Under the pieces are notes generated by a model, which did no database searches, was not told the origin of the DNA, and worked only from the letters and a program-made list of their open reading frames with translations. 64,000 nt of DNA from positions 1 through 64,000 of the forward strand of contig CATMOE010000010.1 of assembly GCA_950072105.1 (NCBI GenBank), in the 5' to 3' direction. Source of the DNA: an uncultured Dehalococcoidia bacterium (lineage in GTDB: Bacteria; Chloroflexota; Dehalococcoidia; Lucifugimonadales; UBA3495). The number at the start of each line of letters is the position of its first letter. Within the stretch, counting starts at the first letter, position 1. Shown one piece after another: positions 1 through 12,409 of the stretch. A program made the position numbers and the translations under genes.

Positions 1-48
1 AAAAGCGGTTTCGGTGCCCAGGTCGTTCATCCGGCTGGCTAGCGTCAT
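1..48 (-). CDS. N-terminal fragment of a PLP-dependent class I/II aminotransferase (runs off the left edge)
   Basis: AGGAG RBS then ATG at 48; reads MTLASRMNDLGTETAF, resembling aspartate aminotransferase N-termini. Only 16 codons visible. Confidence 0.55.
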   Translation of the reverse strand, partial: MTLASRMNDLGTETAF

Positions 49-161
49 ATACTCCTACCTAACTGATCAGCGGCCCGTCATCGGGTCTAAGATTTTTTCT
101 CTGTCTGTTCTGGTCATCACCGTTGGGCCTGTCCTCCGGATGCCCGATACGCGAATATCGG

Positions 162-578
162 TCAGCCCCGTCTCATCAGGTTCATGGAACTGGCAGCGGG
201 ACGAAAGATATCCCACTTTGGGCGGAGCCCCGACGGCATCTCTGCTTCAGGTGTTAACTCGAACTCGAAACGGCGGAAAAACTCCACCACTTCATCTTCA
301 CAGATCAAGTATATAGTTCCCGAATACTGTTCCAATAGGCGACTGACTATAGCCCGACCTATGCCATTGGCGCGAACATCTTCGGCAACGGCCATGCTGG
401 CAATCTCGCAAAAATCGGCGTAGGGCCTGAGACGCCCACAGCCTAGGATTCTTGCGTCTTCGCTTTTGGCGACCACAAACTGGTCTGTCGCCAGATCAAC
501 CCGGTCGCCTTCAACGGTGGTGATCAACTCATCGATCTCGGGCAAATCGGCGGCTTTGGCCGCCTCTATCTCCCACAC
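162..578 (-). CDS. GNAT acetyltransferase, short ArgA-like N-acetylglutamate synthase candidate
   Basis: EIASMAV...RANGIGRAIV acetyl-CoA motif; directly downstream of argG. Confidence 0.7.
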   Translation of the reverse strand: MWEIEAAKAADLPEIDELITTVEGDRVDLATDQFVVAKSEDARILGCGRLRPYADFCEIASMAVAEDVRANGIGRAIVSRLLEQYSGTIYLICEDEVVEFFRRFEFELTPEAEMPSGLRPKWDIFRPAASSMNLMRRG

Positions 579-593
579 CTAAATCGTGGACCT

Positions 594-1784
594 CTACTGG
601 GATTGAGCCTGGTTCTGCGTGCGAACCGGGAGTCCGTATATAGTGATAAACCCTTCGGCCGCCGCCTGGTCGTAGTCGTCTCCCGGGTCGTAAGTCGCCA
701 AATTGTATTGGTAGAGGCTATGGGGAGAACTTCGGCCCACCACGGTGCAGCTGCCTTTGTGCACTCTCAACCGCACGTCGCCGGTGACGAAGCGCTGGGT
801 GCTGCGAACGTAGGCGTCCAGGTCCTGCCGGTGGTGGGTGAACCACAAACCGTTGTAAACAACGTCGGCGTATTCCTGAGCGACGCGGGCTTTGGCTCGG
901 GCCTGGTCTTTGCTCAGGGTCAATGCCTCCAAGGACTTGTGGGCCGCGTGCAAGGCCACGGCGGCTGGGGCCTCGTAAATCTCCCGGGACTTGATGCCCA
1001 CCAGGCGGTTCTCCACGTGGTCAAGCCTCCCGACTCCGTGGCCGCCCAAGATCGAGTTGAGGTAGGGTATCAGGTCCACCCCGGACATGTCTTCGCCATC
1101 GATGGCGGTGGGTATACCCTGCTCGAAATGAACTTCCAGAAAGGCCGGCTCATCCGGCGTTTCCGACAGAGGTTTGGTCCACGCGTAGGCGTCCTCCGGC
1201 GGTTGTAACCAGGGGTCTTCCAGCTCTCCCGCCTCCACGCTACGGCCCCAGATGTTCTCGTCCACGGAGAACCGGCTGGCGCGAGCGTTGACGGGGATGC
1301 CCCTGGCCTCGGCGTATTCGATCTCTTCCTGCCGGCTCATTCCCCAATCACGGATCGGTCCTATTACCTTGATGTCCGGGGCGAGGGCGGCAACGCCTAA
1401 TTCCATGCGTACCTGGTCGTTGCCTTTGCCGGTGCAACCGTGGGCCACCGCGAATGCTCCCTCCGCTCGGGCCGCCTCGACCATATAACGAGCGATCAAC
1501 GGTCTGCCCAAAGCCGTGGCCAAGGGGTACTGCTCCTCGTAAATAGCCCCGGCTTGGAGGGCAGGATACAGAAACTCTTGAACTAAAGGCTCTTTGCCAT
1601 CCACTGTCAGGGCCTTGGCCGCGCCCACTTCCATCGCCCTTTCCTTGATGGACTCCAAGTCCACCATACCCAGGTCGATGGTCAGGGTGATTACATCCGC
1701 TCCGTATTTCTCCTTCAGCCAAGGAACCGCCACCGAAGTGTCCAATCCTCCGCTGAAGGCCAAAACTATTTTATTATCAGGCAT
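594..1784 (-). CDS. argG: Argininosuccinate synthase
   Basis: LAFSGGLDTS, HGCTGKGNDQVR, ENRLVGIKSREIYE motifs; start moved to MPDNKIV (1784). Confidence 0.97.
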   Translation of the reverse strand: MPDNKIVLAFSGGLDTSVAVPWLKEKYGADVITLTIDLGMVDLESIKERAMEVGAAKALTVDGKEPLVQEFLYPALQAGAIYEEQYPLATALGRPLIARYMVEAARAEGAFAVAHGCTGKGNDQVRMELGVAALAPDIKVIGPIRDWGMSRQEEIEYAEARGIPVNARASRFSVDENIWGRSVEAGELEDPWLQPPEDAYAWTKPLSETPDEPAFLEVHFEQGIPTAIDGEDMSGVDLIPYLNSILGGHGVGRLDHVENRLVGIKSREIYEAPAAVALHAAHKSLEALTLSKDQARAKARVAQEYADVVYNGLWFTHHRQDLDAYVRSTQRFVTGDVRLRVHKGSCTVVGRSSPHSLYQYNLATYDPGDDYDQAAAEGFITIYGLPVRTQNQAQSQ

Positions 1785-1949
1785 TGAGTTTCTTCCATTT
1801 TTTCTAAAGATATTCGGAGTCTGTGGATTTCGGTGAGGAATCCCAACGGAAACCATGGCCCTCACTCGCGGATCGCCGTCAAGGAGTAATCACCGGTTCT
1901 CCGGGCAACGTATGTCCTTTTTCAACTCTACCTGAGAGCAGAACTTCTA

Positions 1950-2309
1950 CTAACTCTTAATTTCGATGATTCTTACAGTGCTGTCCGTTGCCACAACGAA
2001 GTTGCCGGGTAGTTGGCCGGAATACTGCTGAATAAGACGCTGAAGAACGTCTATTTTGTTTGAGGGACGTTCATCGCCTAACCTCAATAGAATTATACCT
2101 TTATGGGGCCTTCCCTCTCGGAAAATCATTTCGCCGAAGTCTTTGTCGGCCGTGATGAGAACTCGGCCGGTATCGAACGCCAACCTCAGTACCTCGATAT
2201 CACCCAACCCAGGTGATTCTTGGTAGATCGAGAGCACATCATGGAACTCCTTGGCTAACCAGGAAGCAACCGAAGGTCCGATACACTCATCTACAAGAAA
2301 ACGAATCAG
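1950..2309 (-). CDS. DUF5615 / PIN-like toxin
   Basis: Frame extends upstream of the ORF call to (L)IRFLVDECIG; also RVLITADKDFGE. Probable CTG start overlapping the antitoxin stop. Confidence 0.8.
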   Translation of the reverse strand: MIRFLVDECIGPSVASWLAKEFHDVLSIYQESPGLGDIEVLRLAFDTGRVLITADKDFGEMIFREGRPHKGIILLRLGDERPSNKIDVLQRLIQQYSGQLPGNFVVATDSTVRIIEIKS

Positions 2310-2554
2310 GCACTCTCAATTCCCAAAGGTGCAAAGGTCGTCGTTTCCAGAGACTCTTTGGCAAATAGGATACATGCCAGGACATCCTCTTCGGTTAATC
2401 CCGCGTATTCCTTCACGATGTCGTCAATCACCATACCGCTGGCCAACAGGCCTAATACGTTCTGCACGGTGAGACGCGTGCCGCGAATTACTGGCTTACC
2501 AACCATCACCTTCGGATTGACTACAATCCGTGAGAGTAATTTGCTTGCATCCAT
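2306..2554 (-). CDS. DUF433 antitoxin
   Basis: RIVVNPKVMVGKPVIRGTRLTV...LTEEDVLACI signature. Confidence 0.9.
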   Translation of the reverse strand: MDASKLLSRIVVNPKVMVGKPVIRGTRLTVQNVLGLLASGMVIDDIVKEYAGLTEEDVLACILFAKESLETTTFAPLGIESA

Positions 2555-2561
2555 TTTATCT

Positions 2562-3748
<1,187 letters not shown>

Positions 3749-3752
<4 letters not shown>

Positions 3753-6514
3753 GGGCGGCTACCTCCTGTGTTTCCCGAAGAATCCTTCAAGTCATTTAAG
3801 GCGTCCCGGAGACCTTCCAAGGCCTTTTCCAGTCCCGTAACCGCCTCGTGAATCTCTCTAAGATCTCGTGCGCCGATCGCTGTCCCGGCGTCCGAAACAA
3901 CATCCACGGCGGGCGCCGCTTTGCCGCCATGAACCAGCATGATCAAGCCTTCCTTGATGGAATCGGCCATAACCACGTCGCTTCCGTCGGCTAGGATAAT
4001 TTTTTTCAGTTCCGGGAAGGCTAGAACTTCTGATTGCAAATACATGGGCTCCACGTAAAGTATGGTGCCGGCCATGGGTATAACCAATAACTGACCACGA
4101 ATCACTCGGGAACCGGCCCCTTCCCAAAGAGTGAATTGCTGAGATATCTGCTGGTCGTTTTCGATCCGCGCCTCTACTTGGCTGGGCCCATCCACCTGCG
4201 GGTCTCCCGGCACCTGAAAAGCAAGGAGGGCGCCATAATTAGGCGCATCGTTACGGGCTAGGATCCAACCCACCAAGTTTTTCTTCTCGCCGGCGGGCGT
4301 GAAGGACAACATCAGGACGAACTCAACCCGATCTTCTCCCGGCGCTTTCAGCATCAGATAAGTTGGCCGGAGAAGAACCCCGCGTTTGCCGAATCGGCTC
4401 TCCAGGGGGACCGCCCACTGTTCAGCTTGGTTGAAGAAGACCTGTGGGTCGGTGACGTGGTACCGCAGAAACATCTGAGTTTGGGCGGTGAACAGCCCTA
4501 TGGGATATCGTATGTGATCTTGTAGGTCTTGAGGCATCTGGTCAAAGTCTTTGAGCAGGCCGGGAAATGCCTTCCGGTACATCTGAACCAGCGGATCGCC
4601 TGGTTGGATCACGTAAAATTCAATTGACCCGTTGTAGGCATCCACCGCGACTTTGACGCTGTTGCGGATGTAGTTGAACCCTCCTAATATCTCCCGATTC
4701 TCCGGCCTAGGTAATGGGCGATCAGTCTGGGCCGAATATGGTATTCGATCGGTGGCAGTGTATGCGTCTTGAAGCCACCATAGTTTACCAGCTTGGTCCA
4801 GCACGGGGTAGGGGTCGTGATCCAGTTTGAGGAAAGGCGCCACAGCCTTGACTCTGGACCTGATTTCCCTGCGGTACTGGATCCGGCTTTCGGGCGTAAT
4901 CTGACCGCTTAGCAGGATGTTGATGTCGCCGAACTGGGAGGCGTAAGCGACACGGCGTAAGCGTGAACCCAGCACTACTCCGCCACTGCCGCCGTAGTGT
5001 TGTAGTCCTTCGCTGGGTCCTACTTCTGTCAGGGCGCTGTTGACGATGGCGAAGCTATCGGGCGTTTCGCCATAGTACAAGCCAGGGCGCTCAATCTTAA
5101 AATCTCCCTTGATAGGAATATCTTGGAGCAGGAACTCCGGGCGGCCTTCGCCCGGCGTGAATTCAGTGGCTGGACTCATAACCAACCCGTAGCCGTGGGT
5201 GTATTGCAGCCTTTCATTCACCCAATTCTTGGCATCCTCTGGCAAGTTGTCTTGATTCAACTCGCGGGCTGCTACCAGCACCTGTCGGATCTCGCCGTTC
5301 ACCGGGTAGCGGTCCCAGTCGATGTTGAGAAAATTGTAGTAAAGCTCCATGAATTGGAGCTGATTGTAGGCATCTTGCAAGGGTTGAAGGTCCCACAGCC
5401 GTATATTATCCAGAACGGACGCGCTATCTTCGATGGCTTCGGCAGTTAGCTTGGGGTTCGCTCGGAATGTAGACTCCTGTATCTGGTCCAAACCGTACGC
5501 CCAGCGGGTAGCCTGGATGTTGCGCTGAATATAGACCCGTTCCAGCTCGAACTCGTTGGGCTCCACCTGGAACCTCTGGAACAGCAAAGGATAAGCGAAC
5601 CCCACCAACAATGCGGCGATCACCCAAAGACTGAACGCGCCAGCCATCAGCCTGAGACCGGAAAAGTAAATGCCGACCACGAATCCCAACGCTGCCAGAG
5701 CGGCTATGCCGGTCAACAGCCATAAAACCGGCATACGCGCGTGCACATCGGTGTAGGTAGCGCCAAATACAACCCCGGAGCCGGAAAGCACCAACTCGTA
5801 TACGCCGAGTGCGTGACCGGCGGCGATGGTCAACATCAGGATCACCCCCAGCACCGCCAGATGATTGAGCATCCGCGCCGACAGGGGAAACGCAATGCCA
5901 CGCAAAGAATAAACCGCCGCATACAGGGACAGCGCGGCTACGATCAGGGTGATCGCCAGGCCGAGAAACCAGCCTTGAAGGAAGTGCAGTAATCGTAAGG
6001 TCGCTACGTAGAAGGTGGCATCAAGCCCGAACTGGGGATCGGCGACTCCAAATGGAAGCCGGTTGAAATACAGCAGCACTGTCTCCCAACGGTCCTGGGC
6101 CACCGAGCCGAATATCAGGCTGGCTATGATCACGGTCATGCCCGCGCCGAGCACCACCAGCGCCCAAAGCAAGCGGTAACTCTCAGCCGATAGGGAACGG
6201 GTAAACGCACCCCTAGAGTATCGGAACGCAAAGTAAAGGCTGGCGGTCAGAGCCAGTCCGGAAACCAGGGCGCCGGCTAGGAACAGCCAGATTTTCAAGA
6301 AGAGAATCTTAGTGAAAACGCTCCGGTATCCCAGGTGGTCGAACCACAGCCAATCGGTGTATACCGATCGCGCCCACCACAAAATGAGAAAGCCAAGAAC
6401 GAAAATGGCCAGCACGGAACCGGCGCGCTGGAACAGACGCAGGTTGGACTCCGAAATTCCGGGGGGATTCGGCGCGGGGGGTAGCTCAGCGTCGTTGGAA
6501 AGGTTGTAACTCAT
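3749..6514 (-). CDS. UPF0182 family membrane protein
   Basis: YTDWLWF, GATYTDVHA, NIRLWD, YTHGYG, NYIRNSVK motifs; multiple N-terminal TM segments. Confidence 0.92.
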
Positions 6515-6538
6515 CGGGGTTCCGCGGCAGCGCCGTCC

Positions 6539-7342
6539 TTATCGAGAAGGACGCAATTGATTGACGATGGTCGTGCCGGTGGAGCGTCCGTTCAGACAAT
6601 CCAAAAGAGCTTCGGGTTTCCGTCCGTCGATGATATCGGCCACGGGAGACCGCTCCAGGGCCCGCAAGCAAGCCGCAAGTTTGGGAATCATACCGCCGCG
6701 GACAACGCCCGACTGAAACAGCAGACTGGCCCGGCGCTGGTCCAGACGGCGAATGACACGGCCCGCGCCATCCATGACGCCTTCCACGTCGGTCAAGAAT
6801 ATCAAGCGCTCCGCTCCCAAAGCATGAGCCAACTCCCCGGCAACGGTGTCTCCGTTGATGTTGAGCGGGCCACCCGAATGGTCCGAATCGTCCTGACATT
6901 GCCTAGCAAGAGGAGCAATCATTGGCATGTAGCCGCCGTTTAGAAGGGCTGTAATGGCCCCGGTGTTGACCGACGCAATCTCGCCCACATAACCCAATTC
7001 CGGGTCCGCGACGCGGGCTTCCAGCAACCCGCCGTCGATGCCGCTGATCCCGATGGCGCGCCCGCCTAGAACGTGCATCCGGGCCACCAACTTTTTATTG
7101 ATCAAGCCGCTGAGAACCGCGACCACAATCTCCAAGCTGGCCTCGTCGGTGACTCTCAGTCCGTTGACGAAGCGAGGCCGGATTCCCTGACGCTGCATCC
7201 ATTGGGAGATCACGTTGCCCCCACCGTGGACCACCACAACATCCACCCCTTGATTCTGTAGGGTCACCAAGTCTTTTAAGGTGGTGTCGTGACTTCCAAG
7301 GGTGCTGCCTCCGATTTTTACCACGATCGGTGGGGCAGCCAC
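6539..7342 (-). CDS. argB: Acetylglutamate kinase
   Basis: VVKIGGS, VHGGG, GLRVTD, NINGD, GGMIPK motifs. Confidence 0.96.
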   Translation of the reverse strand: MAAPPIVVKIGGSTLGSHDTTLKDLVTLQNQGVDVVVVHGGGNVISQWMQRQGIRPRFVNGLRVTDEASLEIVVAVLSGLINKKLVARMHVLGGRAIGISGIDGGLLEARVADPELGYVGEIASVNTGAITALLNGGYMPMIAPLARQCQDDSDHSGGPLNINGDTVAGELAHALGAERLIFLTDVEGVMDGAGRVIRRLDQRRASLLFQSGVVRGGMIPKLAACLRALERSPVADIIDGRKPEALLDCLNGRSTGTTIVNQLRPSR

Positions 7343-7570
7343 TCAGACCTCCAGTTGCTAGAATTACCAGGATCGGAATAACCGGGAATGAATCTCAAAA
7401 GGGATATTTTTGATGCAAGACAAAGAACCCGGGGGAAGACGCAAGGCTTAGTAAGCTTTATCGAGTTGCCTGAGTCAATGTCGTCCGTATCGGCATGGGG
7501 AGATACAGGTTCGGTTTTCGGTTGACTCCACCGGACGGCGTGGAAAACATGACGAGCGATAGCGGCAACA

Positions 7571-8788
7571 TCACGTGGTGTAAGCGCTATTGATAATGAC
7601 GTATTCTTCGGTTAGATCACAGCCCCATGCGGTTGCTTCGCCCTCACCAAGGTTGAGTTGAAGCCGGAAAGTAACCTCCGCGCTCCTCATCAACGCCACC
7701 ACCGCGTCACGGTGGAAGGGAATGGGCAATCCACTCTGCATGATGCAAACGCCGTTCACGAAGAGGTCCACCTTGCTCTCTTCGACACGGGCTCCACTAC
7801 GCCCCAGCGCCATGAGAACCCGGCCCCAGTTGGGATCGGCGCCGTAAACCGCCGACTTTACCAGGTTGGATGACGCTACGGTGCGCGCGCCGATGCGAGC
7901 ATCTTGGATCGATGCCGCTCCTGCCACTTCGACTATTATAAGACGGGTAGCGCCCTCCCCATCCCGGGCAATCTCCCGGGATAAGTGGATGCAGGCCTCC
8001 ATCAAAGCGTCTTTGAAGATATCTGCGCCCGGGGACCCTGCTGAGACGGGGTCGTTGCCCGCCAAACCGTTGGCCAGCACAACGACTATGTCGTTGGTGC
8101 TGGAGTCTCCGTCTATCGTCAACATATTGTAGGAGAAATCCGCAACTTCCCGTAGTGTCTGCTGCAAGAATTCTTTTTCTACCGCAAGATCTGTCGTCAC
8201 GAAGGACAGCATGGTTGCCATGTTCGGGTGAATCATGCCGGAACCTTTGGCAACGCCACCTATACTGGCTTGGTGACCGTCCACTTCAAAAGTGACGGCG
8301 ACCTCTTTCGGCCTGGTATCGGTCGTCATCATTGCCCGGGCCAACGCGGAACCACCATCGGCGGCCATTTCGATGACTTCGATGCCGTTGCGAATCAAAG
8401 CCATGGGGAGTTCGACGCCGATGACGCCGGTACTACAAACCACTATTTCATCCGGCTGCACACCTAGGCGATTGCCTGCCAGGACAGCCATTTCCTGGGC
8501 ATCCTTGTATCCTTGATCACCTACACAAGTGTTGGCGATGCCGGCGTTGACCACCAGCCCCCTTATCTGACCTTGGTCGACGTGTTCCTTGGTCACCGTG
8601 ACGCAGGCAGACCGGATGGCGTTGGTCGTATAGACCCCGGCGGCAGTGCAAGGCGCCTCCGAAAGAATCAAGCCCAAGTCCAGCTTATCCTCAGCAAAGG
8701 TTTTCAGTCCGGCGTAGGTCGCGCCGGCGCTAAAGCCCCGGGGGGTGGTAACCGTTCCACCGTCTACAAATTCGATTGCACCAGCCAT
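7571..8788 (-). CDS. argJ: Bifunctional ornithine acetyltransferase / N-acetylglutamate synthase
   Basis: STGVIG, KGSGMIHPNMATML autoproteolysis site, DGEGAT, WGCDLT; start moved to MAGAIEF. Confidence 0.97.
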   Translation of the reverse strand: MAGAIEFVDGGTVTTPRGFSAGATYAGLKTFAEDKLDLGLILSEAPCTAAGVYTTNAIRSACVTVTKEHVDQGQIRGLVVNAGIANTCVGDQGYKDAQEMAVLAGNRLGVQPDEIVVCSTGVIGVELPMALIRNGIEVIEMAADGGSALARAMMTTDTRPKEVAVTFEVDGHQASIGGVAKGSGMIHPNMATMLSFVTTDLAVEKEFLQQTLREVADFSYNMLTIDGDSSTNDIVVVLANGLAGNDPVSAGSPGADIFKDALMEACIHLSREIARDGEGATRLIIVEVAGAASIQDARIGARTVASSNLVKSAVYGADPNWGRVLMALGRSGARVEESKVDLFVNGVCIMQSGLPIPFHRDAVVALMRSAEVTFRLQLNLGEGEATAWGCDLTEEYVIINSAYTT

Positions 8789-8990
8789 AAATCCGTCGGT
8801 CCTTGAATCGGGAATCCAGGATGATATTAGGGCCACGAGTATATCACACAGCCCCGGCAACCAAAAATAAAAGGGGGTTCCAGCCAAGGCCCAGGTCATC
8901 GGTAATCATCGCTAAATATACTCAGCTACCCAGGCCGTGGACTCGGCCATGCCCACCGCCTATAATCCTTCGTGGAGAATGTGAATTACG

Positions 8991-10292
8991 ATGGTGGTTT
9001 TTCGCCCCTTCCGCGGTTGGAAATACAATCCCGACGTGGTCGGCGACCTGGCCAAGGTCGTCAGTCCTCCCTACGACTTGATCACCCCTGAGCTTCAGGA
9101 GTCTCTCCTTAAACGCAGCCCCTACAACGTAGTGCACCTTGAAGCGGGGGAGAACCTGGACTGGAACGCCCCCGGTGGAAATACCTACCGGAACACCACC
9201 GACTTGTTCGAGGAGTGGCTGCGGCGGGGAGTGTTGCGCCGGGAGCCAGAACCATGTTTCTACCTGTCCCAGCACATCTTTACATTCCAAGGTGAAACCA
9301 AGAGCCGGATCGGCATTACCGGATGTATCGGCCTGGCTGAGTACGACAGCCATGAAGTGTTCCCCCACGAATTCACTGAGGAACCCGCGGTGTTGGACCG
9401 GGTAGCCCTGATGGAGGCCTGCAACGCCAACTTCAGTCCGATAATGAGCTTGTACCGAGACCCGGCAAAGTACCTGAACCGGATATTTGAAGAAGTTATG
9501 TCCACAACGCCCGACATTCATATTCGCCCAGACGAGGATCAAGAACTCAGCCTTTGGCTGCTTTCTTCGCCGGAGCAACAAACGCGGATCCGCCAGTTCT
9601 TCAACGACACCCCAGTTTTTCTGGCGGATGGACACCATCGATACGAGGCGGCGCTCCGGTTCCAAGCCAAACGAGCCAAAGCCGGTGGATATGAAATCGT
9701 ATCTCCCCAAGAGAATGACTCCATTATGATGACCCTGATCGAATTCGATGATCCGGGCCTGCTGGTGCTGCCTTACCACCGGGTGGTCGAAGGTCTAACC
9801 AGTGAGTTGTTGGCCCAGTTGCAGCATCGCTTGCTCCAGCTATTCGACGTGAATCCCGGCGGGTTGCCACCTGTAGACACCGCGGAAGATCTGTTGGAGC
9901 AGGTTGTCGGCCAAAACAACGATGCCAAAGCCGTAGGGATGTTGGGACCTTCAGGGGAGAGTCCCCGTTTGTTGTCCCTTAAGCAAGAAGTTGATTGGCA
10001 AGAATGGGGTCCATTAGCTGTCTCTGAGGCATGGATCTTGGAGGAGCAGGTCTTGAAGCCGGTCCTTGGCGACTTGTTGCCGGACCGGGTGACCTACATA
10101 CACGACCATGTGCAGGCCATGGCGCAGGTGAATTCCGGTGCCTCGCAGATGGCCTTTCTCGTTAAACCCTTCCCCATGGACCAATTCTACGATGTCGTTA
10201 GTCAGGGCCAAAGGTTGCCCCGCAAATCCACCTTCTTCTACCCCAAACTTCCCACGGGCCTGGTCATAAACCAGCTTGACGGCTCTCTCTGA
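8991..10292 (+). CDS. DUF1015 domain protein
   Basis: SPPYD, FPHEFT, ADGHHRY, PRKSTFFYPK motifs. Confidence 0.92.
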   Translation: MVVFRPFRGWKYNPDVVGDLAKVVSPPYDLITPELQESLLKRSPYNVVHLEAGENLDWNAPGGNTYRNTTDLFEEWLRRGVLRREPEPCFYLSQHIFTFQGETKSRIGITGCIGLAEYDSHEVFPHEFTEEPAVLDRVALMEACNANFSPIMSLYRDPAKYLNRIFEEVMSTTPDIHIRPDEDQELSLWLLSSPEQQTRIRQFFNDTPVFLADGHHRYEAALRFQAKRAKAGGYEIVSPQENDSIMMTLIEFDDPGLLVLPYHRVVEGLTSELLAQLQHRLLQLFDVNPGGLPPVDTAEDLLEQVVGQNNDAKAVGMLGPSGESPRLLSLKQEVDWQEWGPLAVSEAWILEEQVLKPVLGDLLPDRVTYIHDHVQAMAQVNSGASQMAFLVKPFPMDQFYDVVSQGQRLPRKSTFFYPKLPTGLVINQLDGSL

Positions 10293-10323
10293 TCTAGTCC
10301 TTTTAAATTGGGTTGGTACTAGA

Positions 10324-10394
10324 ACCGTCATCCCGGCGAAGGCCGGGATCCAGCAAACGCGCCACTGGATTCCCGCTTACGCGGGAAAGACGGT
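10324..10394. repeat. Intergenic palindromic element (GTCATCCCGGC-GAAG-GCCGGGATCCA type)
   Basis: Two hairpins (atcccggc-gaag-gccgggat; ttcccgc-ttac-gcgggaa) flanked by accgtc...gacggt, between convergent genes. Confidence 0.8.
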
Positions 10395-10419
10395 CCTGAG
10401 GAAGATACGCCGCCGGGAG

Positions 10420-10878
10420 TTACCTTGAGTCTTGCCGTTGCTGATAACTTTCGGTGATGGCCAATTCGGCCTTTTTACTGTAATCAGCGATGAACTTCTC
10501 CAGGCGAAGAATCTCCGCGGATGTCTCTTCATTATCCCCGGCTGATTGTGCTTGCTGTTTAAGCGACGATACTGAGCGGCGAGCCTCGTCCACCTGTCCC
10601 ACCAGTTCCAAGGCTTCCAGTTCGTAGACGGCCGTTTTCTTAAACTCCAGGATCCGACGATGAGTAGCCACTGCGTCGTTCAAACGCTCTTCAATCTCGC
10701 CCATGGAGGTTAAAGAAGCGTCAAGTGAAATAGCGCCGTAGACGACTTGCCGGGGTAATCTTCGAAGCTGGGTCCGGAACTGATCGATCAGCGCCTCGGT
10801 CTGCTCTTCTTTGCCCTGTATCTCGGCCAGTCTGATGCGCAGGCTGCCCATCGCCATTTGCAATTGGGAGGTAGACAA
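10420..10878 (-). CDS. Hypothetical coiled-coil protein
   Basis: 152-aa helical ORF with RBS-like GTAAGGG; no family recognised. Confidence 0.7.
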   Translation of the reverse strand: MSTSQLQMAMGSLRIRLAEIQGKEEQTEALIDQFRTQLRRLPRQVVYGAISLDASLTSMGEIEERLNDAVATHRRILEFKKTAVYELEALELVGQVDEARRSVSSLKQQAQSAGDNEETSAEILRLEKFIADYSKKAELAITESYQQRQDSR

Positions 10879-10967
10879 TGTCAGGCCCTTACTTCACAGT
10901 TCCTTAGACCGGTCGAATAGAAAGCCGAATGGAGATAACAGCTCGTCCACGGAGCGATGGCGATGCT

Positions 10968-12080
10968 CTAGCCGGCCCGGAAGCCAACCTTGGGCAGGAT
11001 GAGTCTCAGCGTCTCCAGCACCTCTTCGATGTCCTCGCGGGTTACGTGTCCCAGATGGCCTATGCGGAAAATACTGCTCGATAGTTTTCCCTGTCCTCCG
11101 GCAAGCACCACATTGTGCTCGTTGCGGGCCAAGCTCCTCAACATCGAGCCGTCAATTCCCTCGGGAATCTTGATAGCGGTCACCGTATTGGAAGCGTAGG
11201 CTTCGTCCGACACCAACAGTTCTAGACCCAGGTCCTTGATACCGTCACGGGTTAGCTGACTTATGCGGGCATGGCGTTCGAAAACGTTCTCCATCCCTTC
11301 CTCCAGCAGCTTATCCAAAGCCAATGACAGACCGTACATCAGAGCTACGTTGGGGGTGAAAGGGGTCTGACCTCGCTCAAGAAACTGGCTGGCCGCTTTC
11401 AAGTCGAAATAATAGCGGGGCATAGTGGCTGTTTCCGCGGCTTCCCAGGCAGTCTTACTCATGGTGATGAATGCCAATCCGGGCGGAATCATGAACCCTT
11501 TCTGAGACGCCGTGGCCACGACATCGCAGTTCCAACCGTCCACCGGCAGGGGTACACAGGCCAAACTGCTCACCGCGTCGACCAGCAGTAGTTTCTGGAA
11601 TTCTCCCTTTACTACTTCAGCGATGGCTTGGAGAGGATGGGTCACGCCCGTCGAAGTTTCGTTATGGGTAACTAGGACCGCTTTTATCCCAGGCTCGGCC
11701 TGCAAGGCGGTGCGAATCGCATCGGGTTCTATCGGAGAACCCCACTCAAAATTCAACCGCTGGACATCGGCGCCGTGGGTCTCCACCATCTCGGTGAACC
11801 GGTCTCCAAAGGACCCGGCGGAAGCCGAAAGCACTTTGTCTCCCGGAGACAGCGTGTTGACGATGGCCGCTTCCAATGCTCCAGTCCCCGAAGCAGTCAA
11901 TATAAAAATGTCGTTGGTGGTCATGAAGACCTGCTTCAACTGCTCGGTGGCTGCGGTGATAATCTCCAGAAACTCCGGGCCGCGGTGATCAATCATCGGG
12001 TTGGACATCGCCTCGACGATGTCTGAAGGGACCGGCGTCGGTCCAGGTGTCCGCAGGTTTTGCTTGGGGATATTAACCAT
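10968..12080 (-). CDS. Class V PLP aminotransferase (serine-pyruvate / alanine-glyoxylate type)
   Basis: TPGPT, SGTGALEA, HNETSTG, VDAVSS, SQKG, FRIGHLG motifs. Confidence 0.92.
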   Translation of the reverse strand: MVNIPKQNLRTPGPTPVPSDIVEAMSNPMIDHRGPEFLEIITAATEQLKQVFMTTNDIFILTASGTGALEAAIVNTLSPGDKVLSASAGSFGDRFTEMVETHGADVQRLNFEWGSPIEPDAIRTALQAEPGIKAVLVTHNETSTGVTHPLQAIAEVVKGEFQKLLLVDAVSSLACVPLPVDGWNCDVVATASQKGFMIPPGLAFITMSKTAWEAAETATMPRYYFDLKAASQFLERGQTPFTPNVALMYGLSLALDKLLEEGMENVFERHARISQLTRDGIKDLGLELLVSDEAYASNTVTAIKIPEGIDGSMLRSLARNEHNVVLAGGQGKLSSSIFRIGHLGHVTREDIEEVLETLRLILPKVGFRAG

Positions 12081-12409
12081 AAGTTCTCCGATACGGGGCC
12101 ATCGGCCTTTGAGGCGTTGCCCTTCTAGCTACATTAAACGGGATGACTGATGATTCTACAGATTGGTTTGTGTTTCGATTCTATGGACTTTGCCCTCTGC
12201 GGAAATCCAAGCGGACTGCTTAACATTAAAACGAGCCGGTCGTGTGGACCGGCCACGTGGAATCATGAGTGCATCGTTTGTTTTCATTCTCTAGGGACAA
12301 AAAAATTATAGCATGGACCATTTCGGGCTGCCAAACTCGGTCACGCCCCGTCCGGAACACCCGGTGATATAATGACCGAAGCTGTCACAGTCACCGGGAG
12401 ATAGCCAAT

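Noticed and set aside
7343..7570. Arg leader peptide or ARG box between argJ and argB
   Set aside because: The short ORF there is not Arg-rich, and no terminator or convincing operator is present.
8922..9779. Long antisense or alternative-frame ORFs (also 35747-36589, 60321-61148, 15844-16572)
   Set aside because: They shadow well-supported genes in GC-rich DNA and carry no recognisable motifs.
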